From contig JAFDVR010000003.1 of NCBI GenBank assembly GCA_018268855.1, positions 509 through 64,508 of the forward strand: DNA of 64,000 nt, written 5' to 3'. The first letter of the stretch is position 1. Each line of letters starts with the position of its first letter. The translations under genes and the position numbers were made by a program. Origin of the DNA: Acidobacteriota bacterium (lineage in GTDB: Bacteria; Acidobacteriota; Terriglobia; Terriglobales; Acidobacteriaceae). A model generated the notes under the pieces. That model did not search any database. It was not told the DNA's origin and saw only the letters and a program-made list of their open reading frames with translations. Shown piece by piece: positions 49,741 through 61,184 of the stretch.

Positions 49741-50040
49741 ATGATGCATATCTACCGGCCGGTCCACCCGGGAGAGATTCTGAAAGAGTTCATCACTGGC
49801 GATGTCACTGTGACGTCCCTTGCGAAGCACATTGACTATCCGCGCGGAAATCTCTCGCGCGTGATCAACGGCAAACTGGGTATCGCGCCGAGCCTTGCAG
49901 TGAAGCTGTCTGAAGCGTTTCCTAATCAGGATGCGGAGTTCTGGATGAACCTGCAGAACAGTTATGAGCTGGCGCTGGTCCGGAAGGAAAAACGGAAGAA
50001 GATCAGGCCGATCCTCACTTCTACTCAAGCAGCGGCCTAG
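49741..50040 (+). CDS. higA: Type II antitoxin HigA (XRE-type HTH)
   Basis: 99 aa. HPGEILKEF...SLAKHIDYPRGNLSRVINGKLGIAPSLAVKLSEAF...FWMNLQNSYEL. Downstream of higB, in the usual reversed order. Confidence 0.85.
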   Translation: MMHIYRPVHPGEILKEFITGDVTVTSLAKHIDYPRGNLSRVINGKLGIAPSLAVKLSEAFPNQDAEFWMNLQNSYELALVRKEKRKKIRPILTSTQAAA

Positions 50041-50183
50041 CCGCAGCTTGAGTGTTGGCTTGAGATGACGGACTTTTCTTGCCAGCGGACCAGACCCGCC
50101 TTTGCACCCACTCCGGTAAAGCAGATCTCTCGCGGACTCTTTTAGTGACGGGAAAATGTTTCTTGCCGTGAAATGATGTTGAT

Positions 50184-50690
50184 ATGAGTGCAAAAGTGTT
50201 GGTGGGCGTGGTGATGGGCAGCAGCAGCGACTATGGCGTGATGAGCGCTGCGGTGGAGATGCTGCGGGAGTTTGGTGTTCCGTTTGAGGAGCGCGTGGTA
50301 TCGGCCCATCGCACGCCGGACCTGCTGATGGAGTATGCGGCGGCGGCTCGGGAGCGCGGGTTGCAGGCGATCATCGCGGGTGCGGGTGGTGCGGCGCATC
50401 TGCCAGGGATGCTGGCGGCGAAGACGATCGTTCCAGTGCTGGGTGTGCCGGTGCCTGCGACGGCGCTGCAGGGCATGGACGCTCTGTTGAGCATTGTGCA
50501 GATGCCGAAGGGTGTTCCCGTTGGGACGCTTGCCGTAGGTAAGGCGGGCGCGGCGAATGCTGCTCTGTTGGCGATTGCGATGCTGGCTACGCGCGATGAG
50601 GCGCTGGCAAACAAGTTGACCGCGTGGCGTGCGGCGCGTGAGAAGCAGGTGTTGAGCGAGACGCTTCCGCCGCAGGGAGATGCGAAGTGA
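50184..50690 (+). CDS. purE: N5-carboxyaminoimidazole ribonucleotide mutase
   Basis: 168 aa. [14 protein letters not shown]...VVSAHRTPD...[19 protein letters not shown]. Confidence 0.92.
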   Translation: MSAKVLVGVVMGSSSDYGVMSAAVEMLREFGVPFEERVVSAHRTPDLLMEYAAAARERGLQAIIAGAGGAAHLPGMLAAKTIVPVLGVPVPATALQGMDALLSIVQMPKGVPVGTLAVGKAGAANAALLAIAMLATRDEALANKLTAWRAAREKQVLSETLPPQGDAK

Positions 50691-51844
50691 GCTCGATTCT
50701 GCCGGGTGCAACGATTGGGATTTTTGGAGGCGGGCAGCTTGGCCGCATGATGGCGATGGCCGCGCGCTCGTTCGGGTACAAGGTGCATGTGCTGGATCCC
50801 GATCCGGCTTGTCCTGCGGCGTATGTCGTCGACAAGGTGATTGAAGCTGGATGGAAGGACGATTGGAACGCACGCAACCTGGCGCGCGAGTGCGACGTTG
50901 TCACGCTGGAAATTGAGCAGATTGGGATTGCGAGTCTTGAGGCGGCGGCGCAAGAGTGTCCGGTGCGGCCCGGCGCGCGGATGCTGGCGGTGATCCAGGA
51001 CCGCGCGGAGCAGAAGGACTGGCTGCGCAAGCATGGGTTTCCGGTGGGCGAGTATCGCGTGTGCAGAACGCTGGAGCAGTTGCGCGAGGCTGTGCCGGCG
51101 CTTGGCGGCAAGTGTTTTGTGAAGTCTGCCACGGGCGGATATGACGGTCGCGGGCAGGTGAAGATCGGTTTTGGCGAAAGCTCGTCTGCCGATGTTGTGC
51201 GCGATGCTTGGGATGAGCTTGGGCGCGCGTGTGTGGTTGCGGAGAAGGCCATCGATCTACGCGAAGAGGTGAGCGTGATGGTGGCGCGACGTCCAAGTGG
51301 CGAGGTGAAGGCTTATCCGACGGCCAGCAATCATCATGAGAAGCAGATTCTGGAGTGGAGCGTGATTCCTGCTTCGCTGGAGCCTGATATGGAGAAACAA
51401 GCGCGCATGATTGCGGCGGAGATTGCGGACACGTTTGTGCTGGAAGGTGTGCTGGCGGTGGAGATGTTTGTGACGCGCGATGGCGAATTGCTGGTGAATG
51501 AGTGCGCGCCGCGTCCGCATAACAGCTACCACGCGAGCGAACGCGCGTGCGTGACGAGCCAGTTTGAGCAGGCGATTCGTGCGGCTTGCGACTTGCCATT
51601 GGGTGATGTGGATCTGGTGCAGCCTTGTGCGATTGCGAATCTGCTGGGCGAGACGTGGCTGCATGAAGATGGCACGGAGAAGGAGCCCCGGTTTGATGAG
51701 GCGCTGGCTGTGCCAGGGGTGAGGATCCATCTGTATGAGAAGTTGAAGCCGCGCAAGGGCAGGAAGATGGGGCATTTGAGCGCGGTGGGGGCGAGTCCGG
51801 AGGAGGCCCGGGAGCGGGTGCTTGAGGCGAAGGCGAGGCTATAG
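50687..51844 (+). CDS. purK: N5-carboxyaminoimidazole ribonucleotide synthase
   Basis: 385 aa. GTGA overlap with purE. ATP-grasp pattern [13 protein letters not shown]...[12 protein letters not shown]...RKMGHL. Confidence 0.9.
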   Translation: MSSILPGATIGIFGGGQLGRMMAMAARSFGYKVHVLDPDPACPAAYVVDKVIEAGWKDDWNARNLARECDVVTLEIEQIGIASLEAAAQECPVRPGARMLAVIQDRAEQKDWLRKHGFPVGEYRVCRTLEQLREAVPALGGKCFVKSATGGYDGRGQVKIGFGESSSADVVRDAWDELGRACVVAEKAIDLREEVSVMVARRPSGEVKAYPTASNHHEKQILEWSVIPASLEPDMEKQARMIAAEIADTFVLEGVLAVEMFVTRDGELLVNECAPRPHNSYHASERACVTSQFEQAIRAACDLPLGDVDLVQPCAIANLLGETWLHEDGTEKEPRFDEALAVPGVRIHLYEKLKPRKGRKMGHLSAVGASPEEARERVLEAKARL

Positions 51845-51924
51845 GCTCTGATAGGGAATGTTCATAACTATTGATTGCTCCCAACTCGACAGATAGAATT
51901 ACAAATGAAATGGAGGTGGGAGCA

Positions 51925-52092
51925 ATGAGCGAAAATGACCTCAGGATGCTTATGGAGCAATTCGATCGTTTGCGTGTCGAATGCGATACACCAGAAAAGG
52001 CCTCTGCTCAGCTTCAGAAGGAAGGTCTTCTCGATGAAAAAGGCCAGATAGCCACGCCATACCGTGAATCGGAGACCTCTGTTTGGCAATAG
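51925..52092 (+). CDS. Small acidic protein (55 aa), candidate antitoxin-like partner
   Basis: ATG at 51925 after GGAGGTGGG. MSENDLRMLMEQFDRLRVECDTPEKASAQLQKEGLLDEKGQIATPYRESETSVWQ. Its stop overlaps the start of the next ORF by 10 nt. Confidence 0.45.
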   Translation: MSENDLRMLMEQFDRLRVECDTPEKASAQLQKEGLLDEKGQIATPYRESETSVWQ

Positions 52093-52709
52093 TTCTTGGC
52101 TATCATGGGTGCGATCAAGCAACCGCTCAGAAACTTCTGAGCGGTTCTTCATTTGTGGAAAGCAATCAACCATGGGATTGGCTGGGCTCAGGCGCATATT
52201 TCTGGGAGTGGGATGCTGTGCGTGCGTACACTTGGGCCTTGGAGCGCAGATCGAATGCACCTTGCATTGTGGGTGCCGCGATTGATCTAGGACACTGTCT
52301 GGATCTAACCACTCAGAGCGGCATTTTGGCTGTCGCAGCGGCGTACCGCTCTTATAAGGAACTGCAGGAACAGGCCGGAAAGGCTTTGCCTCAAAATAGG
52401 CCGAAAAGGAACGATCAAAACCCAAAAGACCGAGCTCTTAGGTTCCTTGATAAAGCTGTAATCGAGCACCTGCACCAGTCCTTCAAGGAAGCATCCTTAC
52501 AGAGGGGAACTCCTTACCAGGAGTTTCAGACGGTGCGGGCGCTTTTCCCCGAGGGAGAAGAGTTATACGAAAATGCAGGATTTCTAAGCAGAACGCATGT
52601 ACAGATTGCTGTTAGAGTTCCTGCACAAATACGAGGCGTCTTTCGTATACCTGTCGACGAGTGTAAAAAGGTTGATATTCCCATAGAGATTTACGACTTT
52701 GGATGTTAA
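52083..52709 (+). CDS. Protein with ADP-ribosyltransferase-like H-Y-Q/E motif pattern (DUF3990/PARP-like, tentative)
   Basis: 208 aa (TTG start after GGAGA). GYHGCD, then DWLGSGAYFWE...AYTWAL, then late THVQIAVR. This spacing recalls the HG / GxG-aromatic-Y / [QE]-h-h-h triad of H-Y-E ART-fold proteins. Assignment is from memory only. Confidence 0.4.
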   Translation: MAIVLGYHGCDQATAQKLLSGSSFVESNQPWDWLGSGAYFWEWDAVRAYTWALERRSNAPCIVGAAIDLGHCLDLTTQSGILAVAAAYRSYKELQEQAGKALPQNRPKRNDQNPKDRALRFLDKAVIEHLHQSFKEASLQRGTPYQEFQTVRALFPEGEELYENAGFLSRTHVQIAVRVPAQIRGVFRIPVDECKKVDIPIEIYDFGC

Positions 52710-52712
52710 GAC

Positions 52713-52747
52713 AAAAAGGCAGCAGACCGAGTGAGGCTGCTGCCTTT
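52713..52747. terminator. Bidirectional terminator hairpin shared by the cassette and the convergent E2 gene
   Basis: AAAAA-GGCAGCAG-(11 nt)-CTGCTGCC-TTT. The U-tract is stronger for the minus-strand E2 transcript. Confidence 0.6.
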
Positions 52748-52803
52748 ACAACTTACTGTTGCGTGCCACTCCTAATTTCGCTCAGGGCAGATTAAGCGCA
52801 GCA

Positions 52804-54756
52804 CTAGCCGATGTCTTCGGTCCAGTTTTCGAGGACGGCTTTGAAGTCGCTCATGAATTTGCCGGCGTCGGAGCCGTCGATGATGCGGTGGTCGAAGCCC
52901 AGGGCGAAGCGCTGGACGTAGCGAATGGCGATGACGTCGTTGCCATCTTTGTCTTCTACGACGAGAGCTTCCTTGTTCAAGCCGCCGATGCCGAGGATGG
53001 CTGATTGCCCCTGCGGGATGATGGGTGTGCCGAACTGTTCGCCGAAGATGCCGGAGTTGGTGAGGGTGAAGGTACCGCCTGCGACGTCGTCGGGAGCAAG
53101 CTTCTTGTTGCGCGCGCGGGCGGCGAGATCGACGATGCCGCGCGCGAGGCCGAGGAAGTTTTTCTCCTCTGTCTGCTTGAGTACGGGGACGATGAGGCCC
53201 CAGTCGAGCGCGACGGCGATGCCGATGTTGATGTTCTTGTTGTAGCGGATCGCCTGGCCTTCCGTCGCCGCGTTGACGATGGGATGCTTCTGCAGCGCGA
53301 TGACGGCGGCGCGCGTGATGAACGGCATGTACGTGAGCTTTACGCCGTTGCGCTGTTCGTACTTGCTCTTTTCCTTGTCGCGGATGCGGGCGACGCGCGT
53401 CATGTCCACCTTGAAGACGGTGTGGACGTGCGCGTTGGTGTGCTTGGACTCGACCATGCGCTGCGCGATGATGGCGCGCATCTTGGACATGGGGACGAGC
53501 TCGCCCGGCTGCGGTGTTGGGGCGGCGGGAGCTGCTGGCTTCGCGGCGGCGGGTGCAGATGCTGTGGCAGGCTTCGCTGCGCTCGGGTTCTGCATGTAGC
53601 CGAGAATGTCGGACTTGGTGATGCGTCCGGCTGAACCGGTGCCGGAGATCTGCGCGATGTCGATGTTGTTGTCTTTCGCGATCTTGCGGACGAGCGGCGA
53701 AGAGCGCGGCTTTTCGCCTTCGGTGGGTGCCGGTGCGGGAGCGGATGGAGTGGGCGAGCCAGGGCCGCGATCGTTTGCTGAACCCACCGGCGATGAAGCT
53801 ACCGGTAAAGATGGGGCACCCGCAGTGGCCGCAGGTGCAGCCGCACCTGCGCCGCCGATGATGGCGACGACGGTGTTGATGGCAACGGTCTGGCCTTCCT
53901 GCGCCTTGATCTCCTTCAGCGTTCCGGCTGCTGGCGAGGGGATTTCTGCATCGACTTTGTCGGTGGAGATTTCGAAGATAGGCTCGTCGCGCTGGACGGT
54001 GTCGCCGACCTTCTTGAGCCATTTAGTGATGGTGCCTTCGGTGATGGATTCGCCCATCTGCGGCATAAGGACTTCGGTTGTGCCGCCACCTTGCTGTGCT
54101 TGCGGCTGTGCGGGAGTGGAGGTGCCGTCGGACTGTGGTGTGGGTGCGGGCGTTGACGCTCCACCCGATGCAGCGCCGCCGATGACGGCGACGACGGTGT
54201 TTACCTGGACGGTTTGGCCTTCCTGCGCTTTGATCTCGGTGAGTGTTCCGGCTGCGGGTGAAGGGATTTCTGCATCCACTTTGTCAGTCGAGATTTCAAA
54301 GATGGGTTCGTCGCGCTGGACGGTGTCGCCGACCTTCTTGAGCCACTTGGTGATCGTGCCTTCGGTGATGGATTCACCCATCTGCGGCATGAGGACGTCG
54401 GTCTTTGCGCCGCCGGCTGTGGGAGCTTCGGCGGGCTTTGCTGCTTCCGGCTGCTTGGGAGCCTCGGCCTGTGCGGGTGCTGCTGGAGCGGCGGCTGGCG
54501 CAGCGGATGCCGCGCTTCCCTCTTCTGCAACGATGGCGACGACGGAGTTTACCTCTACGGTTGCGCCTTCCTGCACCTTGATCTCGAGGATTTTTCCAGC
54601 GACGGGCGAGGGGATCTCTGCGTCGACCTTGTCGGTGGAGATTTCAAAGATGGGTTCATCGCGCGCGACGGTGTCGCCTACCTGCTTGAGCCATTTGGTG
54701 AGTGTGCCTTCGGTGATGGATTCGCCCATCTGGGGCATGACGATATTGGTAGGCAT
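52804..54756 (-). CDS. 2-oxo acid dehydrogenase E2 component (dihydrolipoamide acyltransferase) with three lipoyl domains
   Basis: 650 aa. Three MPQMGESITEGT...EISTDKVDAEIPSP lipoyl modules separated by Ala/Pro linkers. PSBD (SPLVRKIAKDNNIDI). Catalytic DHRIIDG. Confidence 0.9.
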   Translation of the reverse strand: MPTNIVMPQMGESITEGTLTKWLKQVGDTVARDEPIFEISTDKVDAEIPSPVAGKILEIKVQEGATVEVNSVVAIVAEEGSAASAAPAAAPAAPAQAEAPKQPEAAKPAEAPTAGGAKTDVLMPQMGESITEGTITKWLKKVGDTVQRDEPIFEISTDKVDAEIPSPAAGTLTEIKAQEGQTVQVNTVVAVIGGAASGGASTPAPTPQSDGTSTPAQPQAQQGGGTTEVLMPQMGESITEGTITKWLKKVGDTVQRDEPIFEISTDKVDAEIPSPAAGTLKEIKAQEGQTVAINTVVAIIGGAGAAAPAATAGAPSLPVASSPVGSANDRGPGSPTPSAPAPAPTEGEKPRSSPLVRKIAKDNNIDIAQISGTGSAGRITKSDILGYMQNPSAAKPATASAPAAAKPAAPAAPTPQPGELVPMSKMRAIIAQRMVESKHTNAHVHTVFKVDMTRVARIRDKEKSKYEQRNGVKLTYMPFITRAAVIALQKHPIVNAATEGQAIRYNKNINIGIAVALDWGLIVPVLKQTEEKNFLGLARGIVDLAARARNKKLAPDDVAGGTFTLTNSGIFGEQFGTPIIPQGQSAILGIGGLNKEALVVEDKDGNDVIAIRYVQRFALGFDHRIIDGSDAGKFMSDFKAVLENWTEDIG

Positions 54757-55031
54757 CGTGCGCGTTCCTCTGCTGAGATAAGTTCAGCGTCCGCCGGTGT
54801 CTGGACGCATGCAATCGCAACTTTCGATTATAGGAGTGTGATGCAAAGAGCGCATCGCGGGGCGTTTATCGGCTTGATGGGACAACCTATTCGACCAGGG
54901 TTTGATGAAGTGAAACGCGCGAATTAATTTTCCCAATGGATGCGGATAGAGCCGTCAATAAGAGCAGCACGGCGCGTACGGATAGCTTTGGATAGTTTCT
55001 CGTATATTGCCTTCAAAATGGCGAAGGACAT

Positions 55032-55122
55032 ATAGGTCGCGCCTTCAGCGCTCTGCTTTGCGCGGATGTGTACCTGGGGCGTTGCCCCAGGCTGTTATAG
55101 GGCCGGGCCTTTGGCCCTAAAA
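55032..55122 (+). repeat. Family-E repeat
   Basis: TAGGTCGCGCCTTCAGCGCTCTG...TACCTGGGGCGTTGCCCCAGGCTGTTATAGGGCCGGGCCTTTGGCCCTAAAA. Confidence 0.8.
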
Positions 55123-55230
55123 GCACGGCTCATCGCAGTGATGTCTCGTCACGCGTGCTGTTACAGATCGGTCTTTAACCCTGGAAGCACGAACACCATT
55201 CCTATTCGCAATTACTTAGCAGCGGGTTTG

Positions 55231-55974
55231 CTATACCAAGTTTGCAAGCAACGCATCTTTCGATTCGACCGCAAGAATCTGCCTGTCAAATACGTGGCCG
55301 AAGCGGTGCGCGATGGAGTTGGATGCGTTCTCCATGGTGGGGCGCAGAGGGTGTTCAGGCGAGACTTCTTCTTCGAGGCTGGTGACGCCGCGGTCGGCGA
55401 TGCCGCAGGGAACGATCCAGTTGAAGTCGCGCAGGTCGGTGGTGACGTTGAGCGCGAAGCCGTGCGAGGTGACGGCCTGCGAGACGTGGATGCCGATGGC
55501 GGCGATCTTCTTCTCCTGCACGCTGGAGTCGGGAGTAGCCCCTGCCATTGTCCATACACCGGTGCGTTTGCAGATGCGTTGCGCGAGGACGCCGAAGTCG
55601 TTGCAGGTGCGGATGAGCGCTTCTTCCATGAGGCGGACGAAGTCGACGGGGCCGAGATGCGGGCCTTTTTTGCCGGGCAGGTCTCCGCGCAGATCGAAGA
55701 TGGGATAGCCGACGAGCTGGCCGGGGCCGTGGTAGGTGACGTCGCCTCCGCGATTGATCTCGTGGATCTCCACGCCTTTTGCGGCGAGCACTTCGTCACT
55801 GGCCAGGATGTTGGCGCGGGTGGCGTTGCGTCCAAGCGTGAGTACCGGTGGATGCTCCAGCAGGATGAGCGTGTCGCCGATCTTCTGCTGCTTGCGCGCG
55901 GCGGCGACGGCGTTCATCACGCGCATGCCTTCGGCGTAGGAGACGCGGCCGAGTTGGAGGAGGTTGATGAGCAC
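55231..55974 (-). CDS. lipB: Octanoyltransferase (lipoyl(octanoyl) transferase)
   Basis: 247 aa. ...LLEHPPVLTLGRNA...INRGGDVTYHGPGQLVGYPI... Lies upstream of the E2 gene. Confidence 0.9.
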   Translation of the reverse strand: MLINLLQLGRVSYAEGMRVMNAVAAARKQQKIGDTLILLEHPPVLTLGRNATRANILASDEVLAAKGVEIHEINRGGDVTYHGPGQLVGYPIFDLRGDLPGKKGPHLGPVDFVRLMEEALIRTCNDFGVLAQRICKRTGVWTMAGATPDSSVQEKKIAAIGIHVSQAVTSHGFALNVTTDLRDFNWIVPCGIADRGVTSLEEEVSPEHPLRPTMENASNSIAHRFGHVFDRQILAVESKDALLANLV

Positions 55975-56239
55975 GGGGATCTTTCCAAGCTGAGTTTTAT
56001 TCGTTATTCAAGAATCCAGAATATGAGAGCAACGGGCTGATGCCTAGATGTGTGTCCCACTTCGGGCATGGATGTTCGCTCGTTGCGAACATGGAAAAAC
56101 AGATTCCTCCCTGCGTTCGGAATGACAACTCTGTGGTGGGCGGGATCGATAATCTCAACGAGCCAAAAGCAATATCTTCAGTCTGTGCTCACGAGAAAGT
56201 TGCGAGGACTCTGATCGAAATGACGGGCCTTTGCAGGCG

Positions 56240-57028
56240 CTATGGGTCGCGGTATTCGCGGCGTTTGAGTTCGCGGATGGCTTCCGGATGGCCCTGGTGG
56301 GCGGCCTGGCGAATCCAGTGGCGGGACTGGACGTAGTCGTGTTCGACGCCCTGGCCGGTGGCGTAGAGGTGGCCGAGTTGGAACTGGGCTTCGGCGTTGC
56401 CCTGGTGCGCGGCTTTGCGGTACCAGGCGGCTGCCTGTTCGTAGCTGAGGGGAACGCCGCGTCCGAAGTAGTAGAGGTCGGCCAGTTTTTGCTGGGCTTC
56501 GGGATAGTTCTGGTTGGCAGCGAGACGATACCAGTGGGCGGCTTCGGTATCGCTTGGCGGAACGCCTTCTCCTTTGCCGTACATGAGGCCGAGGTTGTAT
56601 TGCGCCCAGGCGAGCTGGCTGTGAGCGGCCCTCTGGCACCATGCAAAGGCTTCGGCAAAGTTGTTTGATGTGTAGTAGCGGAAGCTGAGATTGGCCTGCG
56701 CGTAGGCGTGGCCCTGTTCCGCGGCCCTGCGTTCCCAGTGCGCAGCTTCTGTGTGGTCTTGTGCTACTCCCTGGCCTTCGTCGTACAACGTGCTGAGGAT
56801 GTATTGGGATTCGGCGTGACCCTGTTCTGCGGCGAGGCGGAAGCTGACGGCCGCCTGGGTGAAGTTGGCGGCGTTATAGTGGGCGATTGCCTGACGGTAG
56901 TGAGGATTGGAGGATTTGTCCGCAGCGTCGCGAAGTCCACGCGCGATGATGCCGGAGCGTGAGGCGTGGAGCGACAGACCGCTGCCGGTAGGGACATGTT
57001 GCAGGCCGGCTTTGCTGTTATCGTCCAT
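56240..57028 (-). CDS. Sel1-repeat (TPR-like) protein
   Basis: 262 aa with about 6 repeats of the A..W..AA.QG...AQ..LG..Y..G.GV pattern. Confidence 0.8.
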   Translation of the reverse strand: MDDNSKAGLQHVPTGSGLSLHASRSGIIARGLRDAADKSSNPHYRQAIAHYNAANFTQAAVSFRLAAEQGHAESQYILSTLYDEGQGVAQDHTEAAHWERRAAEQGHAYAQANLSFRYYTSNNFAEAFAWCQRAAHSQLAWAQYNLGLMYGKGEGVPPSDTEAAHWYRLAANQNYPEAQQKLADLYYFGRGVPLSYEQAAAWYRKAAHQGNAEAQFQLGHLYATGQGVEHDYVQSRHWIRQAAHQGHPEAIRELKRREYRDP

Positions 57029-57800
57029 GGGCGCTTATCTGGCGGTCGATGAGATCGAAGCGACGCTGGGCGTCGGCGATCTGTTCGCGAACGCCGGTGG
57101 CGAGTTCGGTGAGCAGATCGCGGTGTTCGCGGGCGGCGGCTTCAGTGTCGAGATGCAGTTGGGCCACTTCACTGGCGAGCAGAGCGTGGCGCTCCGCTTC
57201 CAGATTGTTGATGTCGCGCTCTGCATGCTGGATCTGGCGGGTGATGCGGAGAAGTTCGGCGGAGCGGGTTTCTCCCGCGACAGAGGCGTGGATTTCGCGA
57301 TGATCGTCGAGGAGGCGCTGCAGGGTTTCGATGTCGCCGCGGCTGTAGGCCTGGTTGGCGCGCGCCATCAGCATGGTGAAGAACTTCTGCTCGGCGTTGT
57401 CGCGGGCGAAGTCGGGATGGATGCGCTTGGCGAGTTCGCGGAAGAGTGTTTTGAGGTTTGGGGGAGGGTCGAACTCTTCGGCTTCGCGCGCATCGCCGAA
57501 TGCGGCGTCGTGGCTTTGCTGCGCGCGCTGGCGAGCTTCTTCGGCGCGCTGACGGGCTGCGTCAGAGTTGTAGAGATCGGCCTCGCGCTCTACGATGCGA
57601 GCTTCGATTTCATCGAGTTCCGCGTAGAGGATGCCTACCTGGCGCATATAGCGGCCTTCAAAGGCTTTCAACTGGGCACGGAGCTGGGCAAGTTCGGATT
57701 CGCGCGTGGCGAGTTGGGTGCGCACGGCGGCCAGCTTCTCGCGCCTTTCCAGGAGAGCAAGGTCGTCCGCGGATTGTTGAAGGATGATTTCGGCGGTCAT
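57018..57800 (-). CDS. J-domain (DnaJ-like) coiled-coil protein
   Basis: ATG at 57800 (MTAEIILQQ...). The upstream part of the tracked ORF is low-complexity. HPD motif in LFRELAKRIHPDFARDNAE. Flanking coiled coils. 11-nt overlap with the Sel1 gene. Confidence 0.65.
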   Translation of the reverse strand: MTAEIILQQSADDLALLERREKLAAVRTQLATRESELAQLRAQLKAFEGRYMRQVGILYAELDEIEARIVEREADLYNSDAARQRAEEARQRAQQSHDAAFGDAREAEEFDPPPNLKTLFRELAKRIHPDFARDNAEQKFFTMLMARANQAYSRGDIETLQRLLDDHREIHASVAGETRSAELLRITRQIQHAERDINNLEAERHALLASEVAQLHLDTEAAAREHRDLLTELATGVREQIADAQRRFDLIDRQISAHGR

Positions 57801-57946
57801 GCTGCTTCCGATGCGTGCAGCTTGCAGTTTAACCGAGGCGGAGTGCGACTCTGTGTGGATGCATGCTGCGCATGGGCGCGGAGATATCTGCAAGAGATTT
57901 CCATGTGCGATCCGATGCCCTGAAGAGGGCATCTGCGAGCAAGCGT

Positions 57947-58726
57947 TCAGGCGTTTTCTTTCACATCTGCCGATGCAGATTTTCTTTTTCTGAACCATCC
58001 CCAAATTGCTGTTGCAGCCGCACCAAGCACACCCAAGACCCAGACGGTGTTGGACTGAAAGAAGGTGCTCAGAGCATTGAGGGGATCGACTTTGACCTCG
58101 ATGTCCCGGTCCACAGCCGTGAAGTCTTTTGAGAGGCCGTTCAGTTCCACTATGGCGGCCAGGTGAAGATGAAGTTTGCCGGAACGCTTTGGAGAGAGGT
58201 CCCATGCCCACGTTGTGGGTGTATCTCCTGTGACGAACTGCTCTTCGGAGCTGAGAGGAGTTATGTCGAAGTCCGCGCTTTTGAGCGTCATCTTCATTTT
58301 GGTGGAGACGGGCGTTGACAGCGCCGTGGTGTTGCCATCGTCTGGCAGTCCGGATTTGAGGGTGGCGACGGAGACCTTCTCCGAACCGATGCGCGCAGTG
58401 ACGCGAGCCGTTTCTCCTGTCTTCATTGTTTCGGGAGTGTTGTAGGCGAGATTTCCCCTCTTCAGATCTTGAAGCTGACGATCTAAATTCTGCTCGTCGC
58501 TCTGTTCTGAAGTTGTGCCTGCTATGGAGGGGCGACTGTGATTTCTATGGGTGTGGTTACTCTCTGTTGCGGCGGTGGAGGGTGAGTGAGTGCTGTATGT
58601 AGCTCTCGCTGGAACGGTCCGCGAACCGCTCTTTTCGAAGGTAGGCATGGTGATCGCGACAAGAACAACGACCACGACCAATGCGATGACGATCTCAATC
58701 CACGTCCATCGGAACCAGTTTTTCAT
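57947..58726 (-). CDS. Hypothetical membrane protein with N- and C-terminal transmembrane helices
   Basis: 259 aa. TM1 WIEIVIALVVVVVLVAI and TM2 VWVLGVLGAAATAIWGWF flank a Ser/Thr-rich and beta-rich middle. Confidence 0.55.
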   Translation of the reverse strand: MKNWFRWTWIEIVIALVVVVVLVAITMPTFEKSGSRTVPARATYSTHSPSTAATESNHTHRNHSRPSIAGTTSEQSDEQNLDRQLQDLKRGNLAYNTPETMKTGETARVTARIGSEKVSVATLKSGLPDDGNTTALSTPVSTKMKMTLKSADFDITPLSSEEQFVTGDTPTTWAWDLSPKRSGKLHLHLAAIVELNGLSKDFTAVDRDIEVKVDPLNALSTFFQSNTVWVLGVLGAAATAIWGWFRKRKSASADVKENA

Positions 58727-58792
58727 GGGCCTCCTCCGGTGGTGGAACTATACCGCAAATGTGAGGGAACCTAACGTATTTGGCAGGAGTAA

Positions 58793-61105
<2,313 letters not shown>

Positions 61106-61121
61106 ACATTTGCATTGCAAT

Positions 61122-61157
61122 AAGAAAGGAGGCCTATATCGGCCTCCTTTCTTCTTC
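61122..61157. terminator. Intrinsic terminator after katG (also faces convergent hipA)
   Basis: AAGAAAGGAGGCC-TATATC-GGCCTCCTTTCTT followed by CTTC. Confidence 0.7.
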
Positions 61158-61184
61158 AGCACGGGTTGGATGAGGGTTTCGTTC

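Noticed and set aside
50041-50183. A possible purine or ZTP riboswitch in the purE leader.
   Set aside because: I could not find the conserved cores of either class. The leader is largely made of an inverted family-C-like repeat (…GAGATGACGG…AAAGCAGATCTCTCGCGG…).
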